Counted from the first letter of the stretch, positions 1 through 14,100 are shown. The stretch is 64,000 bases of DNA from Tubiluchus corallicola (GCA_030141605.1 JAQGDQ010000003.1:310001-374000); one strand, 5' to 3'. Notes: generated by a model not told the origin, from the sequence alone. Made by a program: numbers and translations.

Positions 1-1079
1 ACTGGTACTTACTTAAAGCAGTTATCAAGCAACATCACTAAACAGAAAACATCCAAATTAAGATACAGAAGAATAAAAAACCTCAAATGAGACAAAATAA
101 AAATACACAAAACAATTAATCTAAAAATATGGAAAAAAGGCAGAATATTTTTAGCTACTTGCCTTAGTGGTAGTTTTTTTACTGTGTAGCATGATTTAAT
201 GTCACTGAGAAATATTCAGTTTACGAAGACAAATAACCTTTTTCATTAATGAAAGAAACTTCTTACTTGTGTCACCTTGCTCCTTTTTTAAGTTTTTCTA
301 GTTAGATACACAAGTCACAGTAAGGTAAATTATCTAATAAATTTGACTGATGGCTTCCATTTCCATATAATGTAGTGAACTGTCTTAATAATGTTGCTAA
401 CCTAAAAGTTGTAACACATTTCAGGGAAACTTCTGTGAACACTTTGGTTCTGCTAGAGGCTAAAAAATGACATCTAACTATTGAATACTATTCCTCCCAT
501 TACGGATTGGTAATTGTACAGGTTGGTACATAACTTTTTGCTAGGGGGTACAGGAATGACGAGTAACAATAGAGAACAATTTATTACATCAAAGTATTTC
601 CCAGTCAACTGAGAATCTATCATGCCCTAAATATTTAATGGAGAAACCCCCGTGCATCTCATCTAACACAGCCTTCGGTCTTGAAGGTACAAACGAAGCA
701 GCGAGCAGTGACCTGAAAACTCTGGGATTAATTTTTTTTAATTGAACAGAATCGCTTAGAAATTCGCTGGACTTCAATCCTGTCAAACACATTAGAGCTA
801 TCCAGAAAGATAGAGTGAACACTAAGATAAAAAACATGTTGTTGAACAGTATTCAACAGATAAGCTTGTGAGACATGTGCTAGATATTTTGGAGAACCTC
901 GAGTTCCTAGGGTGGCTGCTACCAATCATACCCCTTAAGACTGCCGGCTGTATGAGGCTTCCACTCAAAACTTTGAAGACATGATAGATTCTAAATTGTT
1001 TGAACAACACTTTAATGTAATAAATTGTCTGTACAATTACTCGTTGTTTCAGTTCCCCTTAGTAAAAATTTGTGTACTA

Positions 1080-1485
1080 TGTACATAAAATGTATTCAGC
1101 AAAAGTAATTTTGAGTTAGTTTTCTGAGCATTTTAGAAAATATTAAAGCAGACATGCTATTTTGACCATTTTGATATTGAAATTGGGCACTTTATGTTTC
1201 AGTGTAGGGATCTGTAAAATGTTTCTACACAGAGATAACATTCTCATTTGCTACTACTGGGTGCTACTGAAATGAAAATCAATTCAATAAATTTAGTGTA
1301 CACTAGCACCCAGTAGTAACAAATGAGAATATTATCACTGTACAAAAATACCCCGTATGTTCCTACAGTGAAACATAAAGTGTCCATTTGAATACTAAAA
1401 TGTTCAAAATAACATCTATTTTAAAGACTTTCTAAAATATAAAAAACTAAATCAGTACTGTTCTTGTTGAAGACATTTTAGGACA
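1080..1485. repeat. Long imperfect inverted repeat (fold-back)
   Basis: TTCTCATTTGCTACTACTGGGTGCTA vs TAGCACCCAGTAGTAACAAATGAGAA; arms collinear for about 185 bp. Confidence 0.9.
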
Positions 1486-2360
1486 ATTAGGTGGACTGAT
1501 AATCATGTTTTAGATGTCATTTTTTTAGTTTTTGCAAGCTTCAAACAGGGCCAAAGTGTCACAGCAGTTAATGAAGCATCTGTGGTGAGACAATTCTAGA
1601 AAAAACTTACCCTTCGGGACAGATTTCTTTATAGGGATAATTTGAAACGTGGTTCAAAATGTGAACTCTAAATTTAACTTTTCTTCCATCTTTTTTCAAT
1701 TTTCTCATGCATTTAAATTGAAAGCTTAGACGAGCCGGTAAGCAAACACGCAATTACAGTTCAGAAAACCTTTGAATGACAGATGAAAGAAAGGTTGCCA
1801 CAAATGCATATTTTTACTTCTTCACCGGGAAGGTATCACACGCACGTGACAGACATCATAGACAACATAACCTCTGCATGACATGACATTCTCACTTTTT
1901 GTTCGCATCTTCAAGGTTTTCTCGCCCATAATGACAGCCTAGCTTTTATAGCTGTTAACATACCTGTCTATCCTTGATGGCACACCTGGAGTGGGCAACC
2001 TCTCTTTGCCCCCAGCCGGCATCCCAGTTTTTCAGCTTAAGCTGTGGGATTACACAATGTAATCTGTTTGCTCAGCTAAGCCATTATGTAAAGCAGAAAA
2101 ACCAACAAAACCCAGTTTCGTCTGCCGTCATTGAAAACGTTCCAAAATACATAATTTTGCTAGGTCGTATCTCAAATTAATAAAACTAATGTACTAACCA
2201 TTTTTCTATATCACCATTGTCATCATCATCAATATCGCCAATGGTAAAGTTTCAGCAGCAGTTGCGATTGCAACACCATAATCATGTCAAACAGACACTT
2301 ATATTCGTTATCTGTATTGAATACTGAGTGCAACAATTTAATTTTGGACATTAAATGCTA

Positions 2361-2544
2361 GCCTGATGTGAACAAGCCAGTATGCTCACGTCATATGAAA
2401 ATAACTAAACAATATCTGTGCAAAAATACATGTAGTTGTGTTCACTGAGAGCTATCAGGAAGTTAACTGCATGTATTTCTGCACAGATGGTGTTCAGCTA
2501 TTTACAGGTGGCATACGAGCATAGTGAGTTGTTGTGAACTCAGG
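2361..2544. repeat. Imperfect inverted repeat
   Basis: ATCTGTGCAAAAATACATGTAGTT vs AACTGCATGTATTTCTGCACAGAT, extending outward. Confidence 0.85.
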
Positions 2545-2989
2545 GAATTTAGTTCAGTGAGAACTAAAATATAATAAAATCTTAAAATGGACAAGTAAAA
2601 ACAGGATATAAGAAAAAACAATATGCAACTTACTTTTAATTGGGAATGATTTTTGATACCTCATTCACTGAAAATCTTTTTTATTTGTTTTTTCTTTTTT
2701 CGTATTTTTAGTTCTGATTATATTAATTCATGTTTGACAAATTTTATTAAGTAAAGTAATCATTTTTGCCTTGCACTGCTAGAACAGCAAAATTTCATCT
2801 TAACACTAGAAATTACTTTTTAATAACTGTCCACCCACAGAAGCCAAAACCTTGATAACTAAAGCAGTGCATTTTAACCAGTCATCCAAAAATGAGCAAA
2901 AAACTCACAAATTAACTATTTTCAAATAATTTTAATATTTAGTATTCAAAACCAACAAATTTTGCTACGAAAAGCTTGTTGCAAGATCT

Positions 2990-3290
2990 TAAAATTATAT
3001 TCTACATTGCTAATTGATGTGGCTAGTGTGGACACACAGTCAGATGGGTCAGATGACATGGGCTTTTGTTTGTATTGGCCACATTGACAAAGCCTGTCTT
3101 CACTAGGTGCATTACACCATCTCCAGGTTTCCATCAGCAAATATTAAATTGCATGCTAATTCTGGGGAATGAGACAAGAACAGGAAGCAGCATGATAGAC
3201 AAAAGCACTTGTAACCGATTTTCAAGATGGTCACCAATCCATTTGCTAATCATGGCCTTACCTTTGGTCACTAAGCACATAATCACTTAA
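2990..3290 (-). mobile_element. Decayed CR1/L2-group LINE ORF2 C-terminal fragment
   Basis: ETWRW..P.EDRLCQCG resembles the ETGRW..P...RLC.CG zinc-knuckle end of such LINEs; frame broken. Confidence 0.55.
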
Positions 3291-5104
3291 CTATTCTGTA
3301 AAATTCTGTAAAATTTTTCTTTTATTTGATTTTGCAAATTTAATACGTAATCAGCACTGAGCAAAACATTTAATCGGAGTACGTATTTTTGATGAAATGC
3401 CTACATTGTAAGGAGGTCCTCCAACTAATGACCATGGGCTGGGATCACGCGAGCTTTGATGGATCTACGTATCAAGCTAAATATAATTTCATATTTAGTG
3501 CCACGTTATCTGTTTCATGTGACATTTTTACAAAGGAATTCCTGTACGAAAAATAATTAAGTCACAAATTTTTCTGTACTTAATGTTTATATGTTACAGT
3601 AGTTTGATTATTCTATATGACAATACGATAGTCAGTACTCCTACTACTATACCAGCTACATACAATGGACACATAAAATTTAATAGCCTGCTAGTATGAT
3701 ATTCAACCTGCATTCTTAATCTAAACTTTATCTGAACTCTCTTACTACTGGCCAAATCATAAAATATTGCAAATGCATAATGTGGAGTTAAAAACCTCAC
3801 AAATTGCCTATTGCATTCACAAAAATCTATGAAGGGGCGAGACCGATCTGTATCTTAAACAAAGAAAAATGAGCAACCTTCCTTTGAAATAGACAAAAAT
3901 TAAAAGCCACGACCAGAATGCATGCATTTAACAACAATAATAAATTACTAACACTTGAAAATTTTGATAAATAATTACATAGTTGAAGTCTCAGTTATCT
4001 GTAGAAGGTTGATCTATTACACCTCTATGACTACATGCACATTAGTACTGCAATTTGCATGCAACAATATGGAAAAAACTAGTAAAATTTTAAAACACTT
4101 GACAAGTCAAACAAAGATCAGAATACACATACAGGGTAAAAATAAATGAACAGGAAACATGAAGGTCAAATTCATAATTCTGCAAGTTACAAAAACTTTC
4201 AGAAGTCAAGGATAATTCAATGTTACTTAAGCAGTATATCAATCACTATTTTTTATAAATAGCAGTTGACATTAACAAAGAGCGTAAATGAATTTAGCAC
4301 TTTTAAACAATAAAGCCACGAAACTTAAATTAATTCTTAGGTATTTTTTCTTCGAAAGTAGTATAAAGTCATGAAGCGTGTTATTTCTAATTTATTATAA
4401 ACCTTTCATAATAGGGAATTTTCCATTGAGACATTGCATGCTTATAAGAAAATTAATATTTTGCTGAATGCGCCATTAAGTATTTGAGAAACAACCTTTT
4501 ATTCTATAAAAGCACTGCAAAATATTAAGGAATGTTGAAATACATGCTGCCATCTAGCAGACAAATAAATACTAGCAACAGACGTGAAAGCCTCAGAGCA
4601 TGCGGCACATTCATTCTTATTATTATTTCCTGGCAATAAATCCTATTGAACGATTGTTAACTTCGGTGATCAAACACAATTAAAAATATGTACATACACA
4701 TTTACGTGCACAGAGAATTATTGCACTATCAGTGCAGCACTATTCAGTTATTATCCGTCCATATAATATATGCTGCACTAAGCGCTGGTGATTTCCAAGA
4801 CTGCATAACATACACAGCGACATGTGCTTGTTTAAAAAATAGGGGGACATTTCTACCCTACTGCATAATTTTGTAATTAATCTGCCTTATTAGAATAAAA
4901 AAATTGTTGTTTATCTTCAATGTGGACACTTGAAGCAAGTAAATGTCAAAAAGTCGCTAAAATGTTTGCAGTTGTGCACATGCTTGCAAAAATGTTTGTT
5001 AATCTTGCAATACATGACAAAATGATGTTTTTTGTTCAAGATTTTTTAAGAATGCATAAATGTGGATCAATGTCAAGATTCTTTTCTAGGCACATTATAC
5101 TTAC

Positions 5105-5191
5105 TGTGCTGGTCCCTTTCACCGGAAACCAATGAAGAATGCCAGGAAATGGATGGTCCGTCTTCAAAACTGTCTTCTCAGTCCAAAGATT
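5105..5191 (-). CDS. DOCK1: DOCK1 exon 38 (DHR-2)
   Basis: [24 protein letters not shown]. Confidence 0.92.
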
Positions 5192-8100
5192 CTGAAGTAA
5201 CAAAATATTTGGCATTTAGTAACTTAAGTGACATTTAAGAGACATTTAATCAGGCACAGTTTAGGACAGAAGATATTGCTTTTTAACTGTGCATATGGTT
5301 GGCCCATGTTGCAAGTGCATGCACAACATTTTTTAATAAACATGCTCAAAGAGTCCTTCGAAACATTTTCTGCAGTCTTGAAGATGACTTCAAATGCTTG
5401 AAAAATTATTCGTTAGTAAAGCAGATATTCCAAAAATGACAGTGATGCAAATAAAACTCACAGCAAATTCATTTTTGTCGTCCTTGTCACCCTTTTTAAA
5501 TGGCCTCGAGTAGGTAAACTTCCGCACCTCATTTACTTTGTAATACCTGCACAAAAGGTTAAGCAATTCCATTAAGACAGCAGCAGAAAAAATATAATTG
5601 TGATATCCCCACCACATACAAATTGTTCAACATAACAGGATGAGCTGTTGCAAAAATTATATAGTCAAATTTAAAAAAAATTATACAAAATAAATTTAAA
5701 GAAATGGCACTCAGTTTAGTTTGCATAGAATGATTTTCAGTATCAACAGAGTAATTATATCTTGTGATCTGTAGAACCTGTATTTGTGTTTTAATCTTTC
5801 TAATGTAATGTAATGTAATGTAAAACAAAAATGGTATTCTACTCTATTACTTGCATTTTAATGGATTTTATACTTTAAAAATCACCCCTACGTTATGTTT
5901 TACAAGTATTTTAGTACCATTCTATATTAACCAAGCATGTTGCATAACTGTGGCAAATCTTTTTGCAACCTGCTGTTTCTAATAAGTTTTATTATTAAGA
6001 CTGTGATCTTAATTGTTATTATGGCTTTTCTGAAGAAATCTGTAATAAAACTCATATAACTATTTAACCTTCATCAACCAGCATTGGGATGCAAGAACAC
6101 TATAAAATCTATGACATAAATGTTATCCTTAAGTTGCATCATTTTGCTCAAAAGCTGTTAGCACCTATAAGATATCTCTGCTGTTTAAAATAATACAGTA
6201 GCATTTGTAATCTGCACATACATGCAATATAAAGCATACGTGGTACAGTTGCTTACTAATGTTTAGTTACCAGCTAGTACAACTATTGCTGGTAAGTTAT
6301 GCAGTTATTAAAATAAGTAGGTATTTTGTTCGAACTTTCAATATAGCACAACTATTAGTGCAAAAACTGAACATTAGAAAATGAATATTGTCAAAACAAT
6401 TCAACACATTTCAGGTGCAGGGGCTCTTTGGCTCAATGATAGCATTGACTAAAAACAATTATTTTTGTTAGAACAATGTAGTTTTCAAATAAAATGAGAT
6501 TTTGTTTAATAATTATTTATTATTAAACAATATAACCTATTTTGCACAATATTTGGGTTGGAATTTTGAGGTATATCGGTTATACTCACTAATTTATGAA
6601 GCTGCTGCCACTGCTATGCTATCGCTAAATAAAACTACAGAAAACAGTACCGTTTATACTGGAAGTGATCATATCACTGCAATTAATCTTGATTAAAAAA
6701 TGAGTATCTGTGTAAATTTCGGAAACTGCTAGTCGAAAAATGTCATTATGGAACACACTACATTGGAAATAGAATCAAATGTCACAAGAAAGTGTATGCA
6801 GTGTAGAAGCCTTAATCGTGAAATTGTTTAAACCGTAAAAACTGTTTGTGAAAACCGTGCAGAACTCTTATCTCTAAATGAGCTTGTTCTGTCCATTCTT
6901 GTTTTTTCCAGATTTGATCATTCATTTATTTCACGACAAAAAATCCTATTCAATTAGTAATTTTCCAGAAAAACTTCATTTCCTTTATTTTGTGCATATT
7001 AATTTTTGCCTCATACTATTTTCAATTCAACTCGTGATACCTAATATCTCAGTTACACTTTTGTTTCAACATAGAACAGACAGCTACTTGTTTTAATATA
7101 ACAAACAATTTATTAAAATATTGTCTGTAGTTTTTGCTACAATTTTGTTTCAAATTGAAACTTTAGTATCCAAGTGCCTCACAACACTAGCATTTTCCCA
7201 TCAAAGCCAAAGCACGTCTTGCAAAGCAATTGCCAATGCGTGTACACGTGCCTTCTTATGCCTGTTATTCATACATCATGCACAGAACAATTTTAAATTT
7301 TAACTTTGACTTACCTTAGAATCTGTTCCTGGATCTTCTTCCCTCGAAATTTTTGTTTTTCTATAAAAACTGGCTCTACATGATTGATTTGTAAATCTGA
7401 GCATGTAAGTAAAAGAAAAAACTGAAACACTTCGGTATAAAAAATTCTGTCCATCATAAAACTTAATACTTGTCAAATTTTCCACAAGAAGCCTTCCCAA
7501 AAGAAAAATAATGAATCACACTAGAACCTCAAATCTGAATTTTAGTTAAAAACTCCTTTACAGCAAAAACTACCAAAAATAAAATGGGGGGTCCCGACTT
7601 GTCCATCTGTCCAGTGTGGAATCTACAATTTCTGTCAAAAAATTGATAGAGAAGTTGTATAACAAATTAGAATAATGCTAAGAATAACTTCAGTGTTTTA
7701 GGTTTTTAAAAATTAATTGCCTCTTAACTCATTAAGGCCAATTACCTCTTTTTCATTGACAGAAATGACAAAAATCACTCAGACAACTGATAGGTATACG
7801 TTCCTAGATTCACTGTATAGCGAATTAGTGTATTAGCTGAGTATACCATCAGAGTTTTAGGCTTTTGAAAATTAATTACCTCTTAACGAACTGTCAAAGC
7901 TAAGTCAGATGGTATCCAAAATTTCTTTCTAAAGAAGTGTAGCACTTCTTTACTGGTTAAATTAGTTTTTTGTATGACTAGCTCTGTGAAAAAACGATAG
8001 TCAATCGTATAACAGTTGTAAGTGGTATGAATCATTAAAAAGGATACACTGATTAGGCGAATCAAGAATATCTTGCTCAGGCAAAGTCAGCTTCATCAAC

Positions 8101-11100
8101 ATCTGAGCATTGGGAAATTGATTTTGTACCCGAGTTACGAAATCACTCAGTCGCTCATACTCGTTGCCACGATATATGAACGTCCTATTCTGCATAGCAA
8201 ATAACAATGGTTTAACACCTCAGAAATGAAATGTCTCGATTCAACCTGCAATCTCAATCAAAATGCATACAAATTGTTCACAAAATAAAAGTAATCAGTA
8301 CTAAACTCGTTTCTTAAATACACTGCATCATGTTAAGACAGGTAACGAGAATAAAAAACTCTTATCTTCATTGAAAGCTGCTTATTGTTATGTTTAGTGC
8401 AAGGATAAGAAAAACAGAGTAATAATACGTATACCTGCAGGAAAGAAGGGAAACCTTTTCCATAATAAGCCACTCTAAAGTACTCAGGCTCAGGCCGTAT
8501 CTGTGTTAGTATGTTCTCGTACAATTCAGCCATCTTTCTCTGAAATATAAAGAAATATAATAGTAAGTTACAATATTTAAATATGACTGTCAAACTGAAG
8601 TATAACTGCAAAAACCAACTAGTTAGTAGTTAACAAAGCTAGTGGAATCTATGTTTCAGAAACTTTCACAATAAACAAGAAATGTACATCAAGCATTGTA
8701 GTTTAGTTGGATTTAATACCAACTCACATGTCACAACAACTGTGGATGAAAAGATGACCAATCATCAGCCACTTGACCTTTAACATGATTACTTTCTGCT
8801 AGACTCTGAAATAACTCACTTTGAACAGCCAGTGTGTTTTCAGTAGGTTAAACAAGCAGATGTTCCACTGGCTGAGCCCACATGAAGCTGCCAGCTTAAG
8901 CAGCTTAATCTCAGTTGCTCATGATAATTATTTTAGTTTTAGGGAAGTTTGAATCAATGCATGCAGTATAATTAACTGAAAATAAATTTTTGACTTCTGA
9001 CCAACTTACCATAAGATTGGCGATCTCCTTATAATTGAATGTCTCATTTTCATGCTGCTCCACCAGCTCCTTACAGCATGCAATAGCAGCTTCCCACATC
9101 TAAAATTCAATAAAACAAATTATATAATAGCATAGCAACATATCATGCTTTGTTTGTATATCACTATCAGTATAGAACCTCAAACTCCCATCTCTAGTAG
9201 CATAGCCAATGAATACATCTTTCCACAAAAAAAAATTAAAAAGAACAAAAGATGCATGACAGTCCATAATGTCCAAAAGTGGTTTTTTTGCTCTTCAACA
9301 ATCCATTGTACTAACAAGGCTCACGTTAAATAACTTTGGTCAAGTTATGAGACTAACATATTAATATAACACAATATAATATAATACAGTACAATACAAT
9401 ATAGTTACACAATACAATACGATATAAAGCAATACAATACAATACAATGCAATGCAATGCAATACAATACAATACAATACAATACAACACAATACAATGC
9501 AACAAAATATACATAATTATATAAACAGCATTTTTGCATGATAAAATAAGGTGTTATATCTTAACAGCCATCATAGAAAAATGAATACCTCATTATTTCA
9601 TGAACACTGATTTGCAGATTTAATCGCAAATCAAGATTCAATACAGAAATGCATGTCCCCTTTCGGATAAAAAATCATATAGATATAGGAGTAAAAAATG
9701 CTACATGTCAGTAGCTGCCATATTATACAGAAAAATAACAGACAAAAGCTTCATACGTACCTTCCCTTTAGTGAAGTAGTCAATGATGTCATAATAAAGC
9801 CGTTCTTTCAAGTTACGGTGAGTGTTTGCATACTGGTAATGTTCATGTTGCAAATCAGGTGTTAGCTTTTCGTCTGACCACTGAAATCACAACAAACATT
9901 GTTACTAAGATTTTTAAAAGGTAACACCAGCTGAAACAAGTAACTATGAATGCCCATACAAATAGAGAGCTACAAGCTCAAATAATTATTGTCAGTAGAA
10001 TGTTGTGCCAATTCAGTTTTGGTCGAAAATAAGTCACATTGTAATTGCATACTGGGACAAACATCTTTCAATAGGTAACATTTTGTTTGCAAAATTTAGA
10101 TAAGCTGCCAGCTAGAGACAACTTACTGCTACCTCTTTGTCCAGTAAATCGACCATGACACACTTGTCATTCTTGTCGATTCAAATGTAACTGCTATTCG
10201 GAGTTGCACTTGTGTTTTATTTAGGGAAACAACAAAAAAATTAATTTACATTTAACAGAATAAACTTAAACTAGTTTCTATTAGTCTACTGAAAATTTTT
10301 CACCTGCAACTTGTTGAGAACTGACAAAGATGAAGATTTTCGTAAAGTATAATTCCCCCCTTAAAGTCATTAAATTATTTCAGTATGTTTGCTCTTCTTG
10401 GCAGATATGCCACTAAGTTTCCAAGAAAAGTTTATGCTAAACTGATAATGCGTAACTCTTAGACTCAAAAGAATTAAATGGTACTTCTACCTTCAAAAGT
10501 AAAGCATGTTTTTGTAGCGTGTACGCTGCCTCGGTATAATTCTCTATATCCAGGTGTAGATCAGACAGTTTGTGCAGATACTTAATGTACAAATCCTTCC
10601 TGCTAATTTCATCATAGAACTCCTACACAAGAAGGAAAAGAAGCAAACAATCTTTAAGTTTGTCCTACAAATGTAAGAAATCCTGCACTAATTACAGAAT
10701 AAAAATAACTTGACACAATGTACAGTGGAAACATGCAGGTAAGTTAAGTAGATACTCGGCAGCCTTATAGGCTGATTAAGAGTCATAGATTTTTTTACTG
10801 TTTGGCGAATCTTTATGAACTTACAACTTGCTGAAATGTGAGGCAAGAAATAATGGTCTGCTCAACAGACTGCACTCATGAGAGCATAATGAAGAAAGCA
10901 AAACTCAATAAAATGTCCAGCTTACAACATTAAATAAATAAACAAATATACAACAGCAGAAACATCAATCAACTACAATATTAGTTGCGACCAAATCCTA
11001 ATGATTTTTTGTCAGTTTAGCACTTTCTTAAATTTTTACAGACACCAAATGAAGAACATCTTTTCAAATAAAAACCATGCCTTTGTTTTAAAGCAAATTA

Positions 11101-14100
11101 AAAAATAACTGTGAAAGCATTTATAACCAAGGTGGTAAATAGATAATAATAATTATTCCAATTAACTGCAGTAAAATACTTTTCGTTTTCACATGTTAAG
11201 TTGGTTTTAAGTGTTCTGGTTTAATGAACTTAACTATACTGCGCCTACCAATAAATTAACAATGCAACTCATTTTATTCTCCTTGTTTTCATCATAAAGA
11301 ATGTTTCTATACTCCAAGAGCCGCATTAGCTGACGTGTTACCAAGCGGACAAATCTCAGGCCCTGCTCTCGCATGACGGAATGGTCTTGACACATGTTGT
11401 ACATTCTGTGAAAAAAAGAAAATGATGAATCGACAAAGTATTTGTGTAAGCCTACAAAAATTTTGCTTTTAAAGGAAAACATGATTTTTCATATCCTACC
11501 CAACTTTGAAGTACAGTAAAAAGGACACATTTTAACACCTATAACAATGCGAAAGTGTTTCTGATAATTAAATAACAGGTTAAAAACTTAAATGGCCAGT
11601 GAGCCCAGTTAGTGATGACATCACAACTAAACATAATTTACAAAAACACTAACATTACACGTGCATATAGCATGTGCTTGCAAAAGCAGAAATTTAAGTA
11701 CCCATATTACGGTGCAACATTTGGTGTGATATGCAAACGTTAGGCAAATTTTAAGTTCATTCACTGTGTTTGTGCACCATGTTACAACTGAGTACCTCTG
11801 GAATGAGAGGTACAGCAAGCGTTTTTGCACAACTTGTTTCCGAGATGTAGGTGCTAATGAAATCTAACTAGCAAATCGTGAAATACAAGTAACAGCAAAG
11901 AACTAGCCACAGGAACGTGGAATTACATTTCTGTGGTAATAAATCATTCTGTTTTAAAAATAGTATGTACCTTTAAACATTTTATGGGGTAGATTGTTTT
12001 GAGCTATAATTTAGGATTGGACAATTCCTTCACACCAAAGATTAAGGTAACGTTGTTGTAACTGAATGACATTGTTCTATGTACTTATATTACATATGAT
12101 GATAACAGAAGTGGTTTTAGGAAAACACCTTATAGGAAACAATGTGCATGTTAGTTTTTTGAATTACAGATAACAAATATTAGAACAATAGATACAACAA
12201 ATGATGCTAGACACATTGAAATTCTTAAGCTTCTTGTACACTTTTACAAGTGTATAGTGAAAAGAAATAACAGTCAGGAATTATGGATGACAACATAACA
12301 TTCTTATAAATTAAATTTCTATAATACTGATTAACAGTTCTGAAAACACTTGCAGTGATAATACATTAAAAAACTGCAACAATTGCAGGTATGATCCATC
12401 ATACATACATAGAATGGAAGAGTTCCTTATATTTAATGTCGCCTTTTAAGCCCTCCATTACCACGGTGTCCAACTTTGTTATCATCTCATGTTCAAACTG
12501 CAAAAAAATATATGCATAGCTGAAAGACTAAACAATGTATATTCTGCACTTAATTGGACTGATGACTTAGGCTTCTAAAGAGTTAAACTAAAACGTTACA
12601 ATCTGCATTAGCGACAAAAAGATTCAGTCAGTCTTGATGATTTACGAAACATTTTTCAAATTTCTGGTTGCTGTTTTCAAATCAGCATGTTTCACTTAAG
12701 AAGCAAACTATAGTGAAATACAAAACTTAGCATTTTACTTTGCAGTCCCTTTGATTAATTGTGAAATCAAAACTTAAAGACTTTCCATTCCACATATAAA
12801 GTTGCTTTTTATCCAAGAAAACTAACAGTTGGTTCCATTTGATGGTACGACTATTGCAATTTTGAAAAACTTACTGTTAAATGCAATGCGACCAATACAA
12901 TATACATAAAAACTTACTTAAAAAGATAACAAAAGGCAAACTTTAATTACTGTCACAAGCACCATACAAAACAAAATCAGCTGAAAATAAATGTCTTTTA
13001 GTATAAGTGGAAAAAATGGCATTACAAATAAATACAAACACTTACGTCACCAAAGTTGCCTTTATGCGGCAGTCGACGAGAAAGGTCATCCAGTGAAGGC
13101 ATCTCTGAATAAAACTCACACTGCATCATATCAAAGAAAATAGGTATTGTAGCTTTCCGCAGCTCAACCTCCGGTATGAGGGACATGTCCAGGAAAGGAC
13201 CCACCATGTACGGTAGAAATTTCATTTTATTTTTCCCTATAAAAAGTGAAACTTATATACTGAGAAACTATACTTATATACTAAAATGTACGATATATAA
13301 ATACTCCTGCAAGTTAGGTAAAACAAAAGAAGTAGCCATGTAAGCTGTGCAATTTTCTGAGAGAGTTGATATGCATGAAAAGCACTTACCAAGATTAAAC
13401 CACATGGATCTGATCTCAAAAGCTGTCTCTCTTCTCATGTCTTTGTATCTGTCAAATGTTATGATGATTTTAATTACAAAATGTTAAATGTCAGTTGTGA
13501 AAAGTGACAGTTTTAAAGATTACACGATTGTTTTCTTTGCCACATTTTATTGTACAGATTCCAAATCGGCATGGCAACAAAGCATCATTAAACTGTTTTG
13601 CTTTAAAACAAAATTTGTTAATAATGTTAGAATGATGTTGCAATGCACATATATTGCGATGTTAATTAACCCATGGTTAAGTAATTTTACCTATCCAATA
13701 TCTGATGCCTCTTTGTTTGTGAAAATTTCTCCAACTGTAGACTTTCTTGGGTAACAAAAGCAATTGCACAGTAAAAGAAATTGTTCCACACGTTCTCTAC
13801 AAAGTGACCGGGACTGGAAAAATGATCCCGTATTGTGTGTGAAAAGTACCGCATTGCCTTCAGGATAACACTAAAATAGAAAGAATGGTTGTGGTCAGTA
13901 ATGTAATGTAGTCAGTGGTCAGCAAAGGCAACATATATGTAAAGCTATACAAAATCATCCACAATGGTTACTGACAAACCTTATAACATTAATGCAGAAA
14001 CAGTGTGTGCATGGTCAAATAAATCAAATAATCAAAGACAGTTTTCTCTCGATCTACAAGGAATACTTGGAAAGCCTGGAATTTGCCAGTTTTATAATAA

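Noticed and set aside
480-520. Minus-strand peptide SVMGGI resembling the DOCK DHR-2 AVMGG motif
   Set aside because: Flanking residues do not match DOCK and a stop follows within five codons; the next DOCK exon is probably outside the window.
13-2667. Short minus-strand segments flanked by ag...gtaagt (13-37, 2634-2667, a donor at 1610) suggesting micro-exons or a nested spliced RNA
   Set aside because: They do not join into an open frame, one has stops in all frames, and this many GTAAGT sites is near chance expectation in 5 kb of AT-rich DNA.
9805-9822. CTCACCGTAACTTGAAAG, close to the vertebrate U6 PSE
   Set aside because: It lies inside DOCK1 coding exon 32 (THRNLK) and no snRNA follows.
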